Shown: one piece after another, positions 24,501 through 35,922 of the stretch
Layout of the letters: each line of letters starts with the position of its first letter
How positions within the stretch are numbered: position 1 is the first letter of the stretch
DNA from: Phoronis australis
Lineage: Eukaryota; Animalia; Phoronida
Reading direction: 5' to 3'
Length of the DNA stretch: 64,000 nucleotides
Assembly (NCBI GenBank): GCA_002633005.1
Contig: NMRA01000607.1
Coordinates: 1 to 64,000, forward strand
The notes under the pieces: model-generated
The model's database searches: none
Told to the model about the DNA's origin: nothing
The model's input: only the letters and a program-made list of their open reading frames with translations
Position numbers and translations under genes: made by a program

Positions 24501-27500
24501 AGTTCTACTTCATAACGACACGTACGGTTGCGTTACCTGACACCTGACGGCAGACGGAGGTGTGGAAATTATCCAATGACGTCATCGGTTTCACTCGCAG
24601 TTTGTTCAGCAGTTCACAACACGGGTTACTGGTGTCAGCTTATCGCTTGAAGTCATCGTTTAACACCAATAAATCATTAAAACTTCGATGCAAAACCCTT
24701 AAAAATACATCGAGTTCTTACAAAAACGTGTTGTTTTATTTCGCTCTTACGGATTTATTGGTATTTGGACACACCGTAGCTTACAAAGTTCGGCAGACCA
24801 ATACGGTCCGTAGCAGGAGAACCTAGATCTGTGTTGTTTAGACTGTGATTTTTATTTCTAAACACAAAACGCTTGTTATCCTGGCCAGTGGCTCGGAGCC
24901 CCATCAGGCCCGTCGCGGCCGGCCGGATTGTTATCCCGACCAGTGGCTCGGAAACTGATAAGACATAACGAACATTAACCAGCCCAAGCTCAGTGGAAAC
25001 TAAACTTCCAGTCAAGAAAATACTATACTAGTGAGCCAAAGTAATGTGCACCTGATTATGTTGGTGAATTAGCCACGAAACTGTAAATCTACTTACTCGT
25101 CGAGGGCCGCGAATTCAGGTTCCGCTTTGGCCACAGCACCGTCAGGGCAGAAGTTCTACACTGACAATCATTATTTGAGTAATGTAAAAGAAAATAAAGA
25201 TTCCCCTAACACCTGACCGTGGGATGGAAATCGAGCTGTTTCACAACAGTTTCTGCCAGAAAACACTAAAAGCATGAGCTCACACGGCCTAGTCGGTGTC
25301 CCGTCAATTAGTTTTATTGCACCTACTGTAAAGCCTTTAACGCAGTGATTTATTCATTGCTGGCTTCTCAAATCATTTGCACTCAAGAACACTCCAAAGG
25401 CATTAGAAATTGCATCTAATTAGACAGACTTTGTTTCAGTTTTATATAAGTATTGGTTAGGGTGAGAATAATTCATTCAGTAATATACATGTACGTCAAC
25501 ATGGCAACTCGTAATCCCGACTTACTAGGACGAGCTAAAGCTCATGAGTCCCGACTTCGCAGGTGGATCGTTAAGTTTCACAGGCTATCAATTCGAGCAG
25601 AAATACAGTGATGAAGAAATACTAGAGAGGCGCCGTGAACAAGCTCAGACAACGGAACGTATGGAGTTATTTGATAAGCCGGCATTCGTCAGGCACTGTC
25701 GACGTCTGCAGGCCACAGACACGGAGATGTTTCACGGCCTCATACTTGTTATTTACAGCGTACATTTCATTCTTCACTACCATGAGCCACTTCCTTAAGC
25801 ATTTCGGACTTTCGAGGAAGTAAAAAAAAAAACGATATACCCGCTTTCCTCGCAGCTGCTTTGTTCGCCCAAGCGGGGAAACGATGCACCGCAACATAGC
25901 GGCATTCACTCTGCATATGAACCACTGACGTCGCTAGCGTCGTTTCTCACCTTCCTCACAGGCTAACGCGACACCTCTTGGCAAGGTAAGGTCGACCGTA
26001 TGCGAGGCGGTGTGGATATAGACCGATTAAGACGTCAAAAAACACTAATTAAATCGGGTGGCATTCGCCTTTAAAGAACATAGATTGGGAACCAGCTTTA
26101 ACTAAATGTTCCATTAAAATTCTTGGAACAAAAGTTAACTTAATCAAATGGAACGAGCATAGAAAATTGAAATGGCGTGTCGTAACAGTTTCCGCAATTT
26201 AATATGTGAAGTTCATTGTCTATGAACAATTAATATATTTCTTAGTAATTAACATAATCATTACTTGCTGCAGCCAATAGACGGCAACTTTGGTTTATTT
26301 ATTATCACCGTCCTCATAAAAGACACAAGAAAATTAATGAAACTCACAAGAAAAACATAATTATTAATATAAGTTTTCGTCATAGGACTTTGGAGAGTTG
26401 ATGTTTTTTGTCCTACAATCGACAATGACCACACGTGCTGACTTATGTTTTCTTTCAAGCAGTCAAAGGCGCTGAACGCGTTAGTATGTATTGTAAGTAG
26501 TCTTTAATCAACGATGTTGCCGCATTAAGTATTGCCAGTTGCATTTGTTCAGGCCCCTGGAAACGTTGAGCTGGTCGTCGACTTTTGGGAGTTGATTGGT
26601 CTCGCGCCGCCGGGTGGCGCCGATAACCTACTCAACGCAGAAGCTCACGTGGACGTTCAGTTGGACAATCGGCACATGATGATCCGAGGCGAGAACGTAA
26701 GAGACAAGGGGCGTTTCACATTTCATGCGCGCATCCAGTCTAAAATATAGGGGGGGGGGNATTTTTGGCAATGTGGACTTTTTACTAACAAAAAAGAGGA
26801 CCAAAATAAAAGGGTCGGGTACCACTTTCACGGCTATGAATTGTGCATTCGCGCCTTTTTGGTGGACTTTTGTCTCGTTTTCTCGGACTTTTTGTTTCTC
26901 TGAAGCGGACCTTTTTCACCACATCGCCAATGAAGGTGGAGGAGACTCGTTCGAGCCCCCTGCCCCCCGGGTGCGCGCATGCATTTAGGAATTGGAATCA
27001 TTCTCAGTCAGTCTCTTGCATATGATTCACTTCTATAAGACCGAGATCAGACGAGACATCTACGTGTAGTGCTCGATTGACCGTCAGTATTATCCAGCAT
27101 TTGCACCTGGGTCTCCCTAACTGGAGCCCAGAGCTCAAACCACTCAGCCACACAACTGTAGGCAGCTGACAAATTGAATCACAACTTACAAAAAACTAAG
27201 TGCATAATAATGACACAAGGTAGTAAAGAGGACCATATTAGGAAACCCGGACGCACCCAGAGCTGTTTTAACCACTAAAATGCAACATATTTAAATATTT
27301 TTCAGACATCCAAGATCTTGAAGCTGCGTTCTGTTGTCATGCGATGTTTCAGAGAACACTATTTCAGCAGAGGCTACTTTGAGGTTAGTCACACTGGAAA
27401 ATTCAAATGTACTCCTTCCACTTCATTTCAGTTAAAAGCTGCGTTTCATCCTGTTTATCTTGCTAAAATGAAAATCGAATTGTGCCATTTACTCTCATAG

Positions 27501-30500
27501 TAACGATCTCATGATATTAAACCATCAGTGACTTAAGAAAACTCATCAGGGTTTTCATCTCGAAATCTATATCAAATAAATTTGGTCGTGTTATTGGTAC
27601 CGTTTTTTAATCTCAATGTAGCTTTATTCTGTCTCCAAAAAGACACGATCACGTGACCCAAATACAGACAGACTGTCTAAAGTCAAAAAACAAAATTCCA
27701 CGGGATTTGCTGTTCAGAAAATTTAACACTTTCAATGAGTGTAAACCTGTAGTTTTGTAGACATTTGACTAAATACACAGACATGCCGGCAAGGTCCAGC
27801 ATAACCTTACGACGCGGTTCCTTAATTATCCACTAGGTAACGCCCCCTACCATCGTCCAGGTTTTGTGCGAAAGTGGAGCGTCCCTGTTCAAGTTGGACT
27901 ACTTCGGCCAGCCAGCCTATCTCACTCCATCTTCTCAAATCTTTCTGGAAACATGTATACCCGCTTTGGGCGACGTCTTCTGCATAGCTCCTTCATATAG
28001 AGCCGAACACTCCCACACGCGCAGACACCTGTCAGAGTACGTATTGGTCGTAGATTCAGTACACATTAAGTTGAAATAAGCAATCACTTTCAAAACTTTG
28101 AGATCAATGGTCGGGGTCTAATATTATACTCGAAATCGAACTTGAAACTATTCTTGACATTTTCCGATTCTACTTTTGTGTGAACTCAAGAAAAGTGTCA
28201 AAAATTCTAGTCCAAGTTCACAATTGATGAGCCTTTAATGCTGGGGTCATCAAGTGCAAACAAGGATTAGAAAGTTATCCACATAAGCCATTATGAATTC
28301 GAGCCTGGACTAATAGACACTTATTTTGAGCTAGCGCTAAAGTAGAATAGAACATCCAAAAAATATCTCCGTCTTCGATTTAGGGCCATGGTTGCCTGTA
28401 TCGTTACTTCTAATTGAAACTTTCTATGTATTACGGGGTGTAGATTTGTTCCAAGTTTGATCGTTGAACAATATTTGCCTACATATTTTCTACGTAAAAT
28501 ACATTTAATGAGTATACAATGGGTCAAACTAAATTTTCGTGGCTGGACATTTTCAGCGACGGAAATGTGAACGAAATTATATGAGAATTACTGTAATTAA
28601 ATGTCGTTTCCACATCTTTATGCATCTGTCGTTTCCACATCTTTATGCATCTGTCGTTTCCACATCTTTATGCTTCTAACAACGTTTATAAGGTATACTC
28701 ACGTTGAGGCAGAGTGTTCGTTCATCTCATTCAACGAGCTCATCGATCGCTTGGAAGATCTCATTTGCGACGTCATAGACAGGGTTCTGAAGTCACCATT
28801 TGCTTCGCTACTGTATGACGTCAACCCGGTAACGTGTTTGCTCATTTTGCATTTACCTGTAAAGCAGAGCGCGCGCTTACATTGCGGCTTTTATAACAGC
28901 CGATTAGAAACCCAAGGCACCGTTTCATCAAATTTTTTTTCTGTCTTAACTTGGGCCGAAATCGGGATAACTGAAGACATAAACTTCTTAGTCCTGTTTC
29001 ATGACATTTCGTAAAGCCAAATTTAAGACGAAATCGGTCTGACTTTTACCTAAAACCGAGTTAGCTTGCTAAGGAGTAGGCTTATTAGATTGGACGTTGT
29101 CGTTTAAATGACTAAAATTTAGGACTGTTATAACTGAAAATTGTTGATGAACAAATTTTGTTGACGTTTTTACAATCTAATGTCCGTGAACAATGTTAAG
29201 TTGAAGATCGTCTGCTTTCGTTACAACTTCCCGCAATACTGCGCGACTTTAACAAACAAGACCCCAATTGCATCCAAAATTTAAGTAAATGCCCATGTAG
29301 AGTTTCAAGACCAGGATTATACGTGAAATCATATTTCATACATCGCCTCGTTATTTTTTGTGAATTCGCAACAGGTACGTAAAGTACAGTTTGTATTCTC
29401 ACCTATGTCACAAACCGACACATCTATGATTATAGGTCGTTTGTAAATTTTCACCTTCGATCCTAGCTTTGCTCGAATAGACAAGTTTTCAAGAAACGGG
29501 ACCCACAACTCAGTTCTCGGTAAAATTCATCTATAATGGGCTCTTAGTATGCTCCATTGTTATCGGGCATTAGTTGTTACAACATAGAAGCAGGAGCCTG
29601 CGTTTTACTCATGTAATCACTTGTTTTACTTAAGTAGGACTTCAAGCCCCTAAAGCGGCCATTTAAACGAATGAGCTACAGTGACGCTGTCGAATACTTG
29701 AAGGAGAACAACATCGCAAAGGAAGATGGGACATTTTACCAATATGGGGAGGTGTGTTTAAGGATTTGCTATGCAAGATTCGTTTTCCAACTTTCTCAGC
29801 AAGCTAGATAGAAATGGGGAAAAAGAATTGTGCGAGTATTGCAGATTTACTACAGGGTAGAAATTTGCAAATACTAGACAAGTTAGCATTTCATCATCTA
29901 TCTGTTCTATCTGGATAATAACGATCATTCGCAGATATAACCTTGGGAAAGAAGCGGTGTACGATTTTTAGATTTACAACATTTTCGAAAACGCCTGTGA
30001 GCAGAAGCTCGCAGTCGAAATAGATCAAAGCACGAGCAATCATTATGTTTTTTAGTTACCTGTTTATCTTAGAAGGACGCTGTAACACCAAGTATCATTG
30101 TGTTCTCAAGAGTTTCGACGTTGGATAACAAATACCCTTGATACGATCTCGGTAAGAACCCTATGTATGAGTTTTAACATTGCGGATCACCTTGGTGTAA
30201 CACAAGTCCCATTGTGTCGATGATGTCGTTGAACTCTTAATCTCATTCGCAGGATATCCCTGAGGCACCAGAGAGAAAAATGACTGACCAAATCAACGAG
30301 CCGATTTTCCTGTGCCGATTTCCCGCTGAAATCAAATCTTTTAACATGATGAGATGCCGCGAGAACAGCCGCGAAACAGAGTCTGTAAGTGACAAGCAAA
30401 ACCAGGACCGAGCTCAGAGAGAGTAAAAACAGTCAGTGTGTTGAATTACCCGCTTGGCTTAATAAGTTACATGTATCACCTCGGGACCGCGCACAAACTG

Positions 30501-33386
30501 TCGTAGCCACAGAGCCTTTCGCTGTGTCGATGGAAAGTATGACCACAAGAAACCTTAATTTGGCAATAAATGATAGGAGTGAGGCAGTGAGTTTGTTAAG
30601 GCCAACACAAAGCATACGCACATACAATATAGTTGTGATGCTAATGTCCGCTACCGCGCTGATTTTGACTGTTATTTAGTGCCAGTTTCTCGGGTTCTAC
30701 ACGATATATAGTAATATTTACAATTCCCACTTTTGCCTCAAGCTTCGAACTACCCCTCCCTCTCGTCGCCACAGCCTTTGAGGGGCCTCTGTGAAGACAA
30801 GGCGAAGTAATAACTTTTATTACCTCTGATCACCACAGTTTTCCAGCTTCCTCTTCCCCCGCTATCGCCAAGGAGGGTCCGACGAGATAGATCCCCAATT
30901 TCATGCGTCGCCCTATGTTGCAGCGTTTTCAATTTGATCGATTGCCCCACTTGTCGCCACAACGTTTGAATTGTTCTTAAGCTGAAGAGATTTGCCCATA
31001 TTGTGCGCGGGGTACCAAACTGTGGCTTATTCAGCCTCATGGTAACCCTGCACTATTGCCTTCTTCTAGTTCTAGAGAGATTGCGTAATTTGTCAATTTG
31101 CTTCTTAACATAGAGAGATCATGTACATTGTCAGCTTTCTTCCAAGGCTATAGAGATCAGTTGATGTGCTGAAGGACGTTCCTAGTCAGAACCTAGTCCG
31201 AACCTACTTTGAACATTGCAACATTGTATATTGCTTCGTGGGTTGAAAAAGCCAGCACAGTGATCTCTTCTGATGCCCTCTCGCTAGACTATCAGGCTAT
31301 CACCAATCAGATGTGTCTCGTTTATTACCTAGGCATCGAAGTAATTTGAAATTCCCCTTACAATGTGGCTCTCCAAACTGGAGAAATTCTGATTGACAGT
31401 GGGCGTCCATGTCATACATTGGGCGTCGTTTCCAGGGCGTCCAGATTAGTGCTAGGGAGTCCAGTACGTATGCTGCATGAACGCCTGTCTCGTTCCTAAC
31501 TCATGTGTTTTCTGGGCTGCGGAAAATGTTATTGCTTGAGACCGTCAGTGCTTTCCTAGTACAGAAATCGACAGTAATCTGACTAAGGGGCAAACAAGTA
31601 TCAGATGTACAACAGTAGGCCTAAGTGTCCAAAACCAAGTTTTTACAATTACAAAGACGTGTTTTCTTCATTCATGATTTTCAGCGCCACATATTACTCT
31701 TTGTCTATGAGTCGCTTTGTCTGACGTCTTATTATCCCCGTTCTCTGCATATTGTACAAATGTACCTCATCTTCCTCAACATTCCTCTCTTTCATTGGCC
31801 AACTCTTGTCTTTCCGACAACCTTGTCTTTTTCGATCTTTCCACCACTTCCCTTTAAGTGTGTCACTTCTCTCAGTATTTCGTGTTCCTATCCGGCTGCA
31901 TCTTATTCTCGTCATGCTCATTTAGTCTAGATTATTCGATTGTCTTCGATATACGTTTGGCATCGTTGTGTTCGCCTTCATTGTGTCTTTCGTCGGACTG
32001 TGTTAAGTCCCACTTTCTCTCGTCAAATTCATGTCTCCATCTACTCATTTCCGCACCTTTGTTTTGTTCGTCTTCTTCTTCTTCATCTTCTTTTTCAACA
32101 TCATCGCCGTCGTCTTCCTCGTCGTCGTCGTCATCGTCATCTCAATTGTCACCTTGTTCTTTTTCTTCTTCTCTGTCTTCTCCTTCCTGATGTACTGTTC
32201 CTGTACTTCCTCCACATTTCTCCTTTTCTAACAATGGTTGACGTCTTTCTCATCGTCCCTGATTTTGAATTTATCATAGTCCTCAGTGAGCCTCTGGCAT
32301 TGTCTCTTTCGGCTTTATCATCTTTGCGTCTCTGCTCACGCGCTATATCCTCCTTCTGATGTCCCAGCTCTTCAGTCTTTCATTTTGGTCTAAGTCCACT
32401 CTCGTCGACTTTTGTTTCAAGGTGGACCTCTTAATGCCAACAGTTGGTGAGGTAGTTGGCGGATCAATGAGGATGACGAACTACGAAGAACTGGTAGAGG
32501 GCTATCTTCAAGAGGGAATCGACCCTGCACCGTATTACTTTTATACAGACCAGGTGAGCATTGACCGCTCTTTAGGTAATAAGGCATCCCGTTTCACAAA
32601 ATGGCGAGTGTAGAAAGTTTGGAAGACATGCAAAAGTAAAATATGCAGACGGGTATCGGTAAAGACGAAGTCAGAAATTCTAGACTTCAAATTATGACTG
32701 TTTTAGTACACTTTCATTAATATTTTTTGATGCAGATGCGGTTGCGGGGTGTAAATGGTATTTTTTTTGCAATTAATGCACGTGACGTAATGGTCATCGG
32801 GGAAGAGGATCGATAATTTGCCCCTATGAGTGTTGCGCGTGTAGCCTACCGTGGACTGTATCCAGGTCGCAATGAAACGGCGTCATGAACACTGGCCCTG
32901 TTTCAAATCAAGCTCTGGGCCTCGTAAGTTTAGGGTTGACCCTACACTCGTGAGAGTGAACACCATTAGACATCTGGTAAAACATTGAGATGAATGTTAA
33001 TCGCAAGCCAGTTTGCAGTCATGATTAGGCCTAATTACCAATAAGGTTAATAGGTCAAGTACAAATAACAGCTTATCATCAAGTGAAGGGTGCTTCATGA
33101 AAATGACCTGTGGTCTGATCGAAGCATTTTTCATTCAAGTGAACACAGTTTGGGTAAAAACTGAAACCGTACACGCACACTCCATTCGAACCATTTGCAC
33201 GACCAGTTGAATTGAAAACCGATAATCTTGTCACGGTGATCTGTTTGTTTTCAGTGCAAGTACGGAGCCTGTCCGCACGGTGGTTATGGCCTCGGTTTGG
33301 AACGATTTCTCACGTGGCTTACCAACCGACAGCATGTCCGAGACGTTTGTTTATACCCTCGATATATTGACCGATGTTCCCCGTAA
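15566..33386 (+). CDS. Diverged cytoplasmic asparaginyl-tRNA synthetase paralogue (NARS1-like), ~526 aa, 14 exons
   Basis: GT-AG exons 15566-15575, 17336-17424, 20525-20614, 21601-21687, 23331-23480, 23883-23969, 26553-26696, 27306-27383, 27837-28036, 28693-28828, 29638-29751, 30253-30384, 32422-32553 and 33255-33386 splice into one open frame of 1581 nt. Contains the OB-fold GWTHRLR...LRDGTG, motif 2 [21 protein letters not shown] and motif 3 GYGLGLERF. The first four exons are less certain than the rest. Confidence 0.88.
15783..16023. repeat. 24-bp minisatellite, ~10 copies (AATGTTTTGTATACGATATTGTTT)
   Basis: Direct tandem units in intron 1 of the NARS-like gene; one unit is 1 bp short. 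Confidence 0.95.
16663..16914. mobile_element. MITE with 5-bp TSD CTATG
   Basis: ctatg|TATGGGCGTACCCGG...CTGGGTGCGCGCATG|ctatg. Confidence 0.75.
19250..20290 (-). pseudogene. Heavily decayed Mutator/NOF-like transposase remnant in an intron
   Basis: Minus-strand fragments appear in the expected order: FTISEAE*..IGP....RKD....LKP, then LRIDNSG...KRPYF (cf. LxIDATG), IVETK..W.L....RYL (cf. VETDFSWAL) and TVLHIHAA (cf. LHLCxAH). Many stops and frameshifts; motif match is from memory. Confidence 0.4.
20728..21432 (-). other. Unassigned 234-codon antisense ORF inside a NARS-like intron
   Basis: Stop-free frame filling most of the 20615-21600 intron. Non-ATG track start and no recognised domain. 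Confidence 0.3.
21928..22009. repeat. 15-bp tandem repeat (CGTTCCACCTATACG), ~5.5 copies
   Basis: Direct tandem units visible in the sequence. Confidence 0.9.
24120..24250 (-). mobile_element. tRNA-derived SINE (head plus short body)
   Basis: Minus strand has an A-box-like GTGGCCTGGTTG and a B-box GGTTCGAGTCCC, followed by aacccttgagc typical of SINE bodies. No convincing tRNA acceptor stem. Confidence 0.55.
24450..26070 (-). mobile_element. Complete Kolobok-like non-autonomous element, 1621 bp, TTAA TSD
   Basis: TTAA|AGGAGCATGCCACCC ... GGGTGGCATTCGCCT|TTAA (imperfect 15-bp TIR, AG termini). THAP remnant on the minus strand (~25700-25905: RKWL...KHLRVCG) and a GYQFE.KYSDEEI fragment on the plus strand. 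Confidence 0.85.
26724..26981. mobile_element. MITE with 5-bp TSD CATTT
   Basis: cattt|CATGCGCGCATCCAG...CGGGTGCGCGCATG|cattt. Confidence 0.8.
27062..27153 (-). mobile_element. Degenerate tRNA-derived SINE head (related copy at ~38635-38720 on +)
   Basis: A-box TGGCTGAGTGG, degenerate B-box, and a downstream actg.c.g.caat.gagca segment shared with the 38635 copy. Confidence 0.4.
28602..28674. repeat. 25-bp tandem repeat, ~3 copies (TGTCGTTTCCACATCTTTATGCATC)
   Basis: Direct tandem units just upstream of the 28693 acceptor. Confidence 0.9.
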
Positions 33387-34171
33387 AACTATTTTGAAAG
33401 GGGCTCTAGCCAGTCATCTACTTCCGAAGGTGCACGTGACGGGCATTTCGGCGCATGCGCCTATATGGAAAGCTGCATCTAGTATATGCGACGTGTGCAA
33501 TTATAAATAACAAGACTGATAATGATTGCATAACACTTTCAAATAATTAGAAAAGGGAAGTTGCGTTGGGAACTGTTTCACTAGAAGGTCGTAAGTTCAC
33601 AACGAGTCTGATTTGGGCGATAATTTAAATTTATTGATATTAAATCACTACTGAGCAGTTGCCACAGTAAGCCACAAATCAGACAGACACATTTTCAGAT
33701 CCCCCTCTGTGTAAACACGACTGTTTTTGCTTTTACTCTACTCTTCAAAGTTAAGTTAATAAAATAAAGTGTATGATCCATCCCTCTCCCAGTTCTCTCA
33801 ATTCCTCTTTCGGCCTTCCTACCTCCGTTCCTTCCTCCTTCCCGCATCATATAATTAACACGCTTAAACTAAGCGAATATTTGCCGCCTTGCCTTAATTA
33901 TTTCATATTGTGGCAATGCTCCTCGCTAATCGTGACGCCAACTCACATTTGACGACTTGGCAAAAATTTTAAGTCGTCAAACGACAGATCTGACTGAAGT
34001 CAACAAAACTGTCGTCGAAACCGTCGTCAAAACGTCATGCCGTACTCCGTTCACAGAATACTACGCATACCTCTTCAGTTTCTCTCCGTAAACAATATGC
34101 AGCATTAAACCTTTAACTCAATTCCTCCTGCCTACGAAGAACGCAGGCGATCGCCTACACCGGAAGCGCAT

Positions 34172-34300
34172 CCCATTCAGTAACGCTAGGACCTAGCTAA
34201 GAAGCAAGATTTCGCGGGACTACGTAAGATATTGCCGTGTATTTTAAATAAAACACGTGACTTTGGTTAGATTTAGCTAGGTCCTAGCGTTACTCAACGC
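34172..34300. mobile_element. Short inverted-repeat MITE (same family as 5782-5921)
   Basis: Inverted termini AGTAACGCTAGGACCTAGCTAA...TTAGCTAGGTCCTAGCGTTACT. Confidence 0.6.
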
Positions 34301-35246
34301 ACGCCCCGGCGATCTTGCCCGTTTTTTGCCGAACAGTCATGGTTTCCGCCTGTTTACTTCCTGTTGTACTTTAAGCGCGTGTGTGATGTGTTTGCCAAGG
34401 GTGACAAATGTACCGATTTTACAAAGCGGAGGGAACAGTTGTGATCCGAAAGGTATCAAATCTTGTAAACTCCTTGTTCGTTATTTAAAGTTTGGATGTC
34501 ACCAGTAACTTTGAAACAAATTTTAGGGGAATCGTTTGCTTGACTTTGATACTTGCTGTGGCGATTTCGTGGCGACTTGCGATTTTCCAATCTGAAGTTG
34601 TATTTGCTACCTGCATGTCGCCAAATCGAGCACATGAACGGGTTTTAACAATTAAGAGAGTTGGACTGCTGTCGCTGAGGCTGTGCATGGCGTTCCAACT
34701 CATCTTGCTGGCACTGTCAACGTTCACCATTTTGTAACGGTTTGGACGACGTTCATTGAAATAACAAATTCATAAATTTTCGCCATGGCTTTACTCTCTA
34801 AGCTGTGTGTCACACGCGCGCGCATGCACCTAAAATGTACATGCCGTGCGATTTCATTGTTGTAGGATAACATAAAAATTAACCTGTACAACGACATTTC
34901 GTCTTACTAAATGTATATTCCATTCTACAAAGACAAACCTTTCACATTTGGTCAGTTTAAGACAACGATAGGCAACGATGCACACACACACACAATACAA
35001 AACAAGGAACTTGAAGTTCGGTAGGTGTCGCAAGCAAAGGGAAATCACGTGATTATCTCATCAAACGAATTCTCGGCCCATATTGACGAACTGCTTTCTG
35101 CTCTCAATCCATCCAGGTGTCAAAAGTAGATCCTACATATATCAACAACCGTCCAGTGCCGATATCGAGTCGCACATGAGAATTATATTTTCTAATAAGG
35201 ACGTTTCAAAGTTATGTAGGAATCTATGCATAATATGATTCTGATA

Positions 35247-35382
35247 CAGCGGCGGATTCAAGATTTTGAGTTGGGGGGCAAGTCAGAATATTAGTCAGGA
35301 TTCTGCCCGTCAGACATTCACACCGAATGGCCATCTGGGAGAATTTTAGGGGGGGCATGGCCCCCCTCTAAATCCGCCACTG
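35247..35382. mobile_element. CAGTGGCGGAT-terminus MITE with 5-bp TSD TGATA
   Basis: tgata|CAGCGGCGGATT...AATCCGCCACTG|tgata. Partial relatives occur near 410-455 and 14600-14636. Confidence 0.75.
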
Positions 35383-35922
35383 TGATATAATAGTAGTCCG
35401 GAAAAGGAAAGAAAAGCAGCAAAACGACCAAAACGCAAGATTTGCACGTGCAACTCAGACAACCCATGCGCTCCACATTGGTGCACAAATCCATAGCAGC
35501 AACATACTGCTACAGTAAGCTAACTCCATCCAGTGTGATCAGGGCTCACGAAATTAAATTTTTCTAGACTGACACGGTATATGCATGGTGAACTATGAAT
35601 TTATCGAAATTATCGAGTGCATTCTTCACCAACAAGAATTTCTTAATTCTTTCTAGTAAGTCGGAAAAATGACTCCAATCTCAGCAAGGTACGAACTAAT
35701 ACCAAATATTTCGAGAACACATGAACTCTAGGCGATATTTTTTTCAGAAATCGTATTTTTGTTTTTGACATCTAAAACGCTCGTACAATACAAAGATTGT
35801 CCATTTCCGTTTGACGTTATCGTGTACATTACAACATGTAATCTAATTACGAGGTCGCACGGAAAATGACGAATTGTATCGAAACAGCGTAGTCCATTAG
35901 GGCGATATGGTACAACTAAGAG

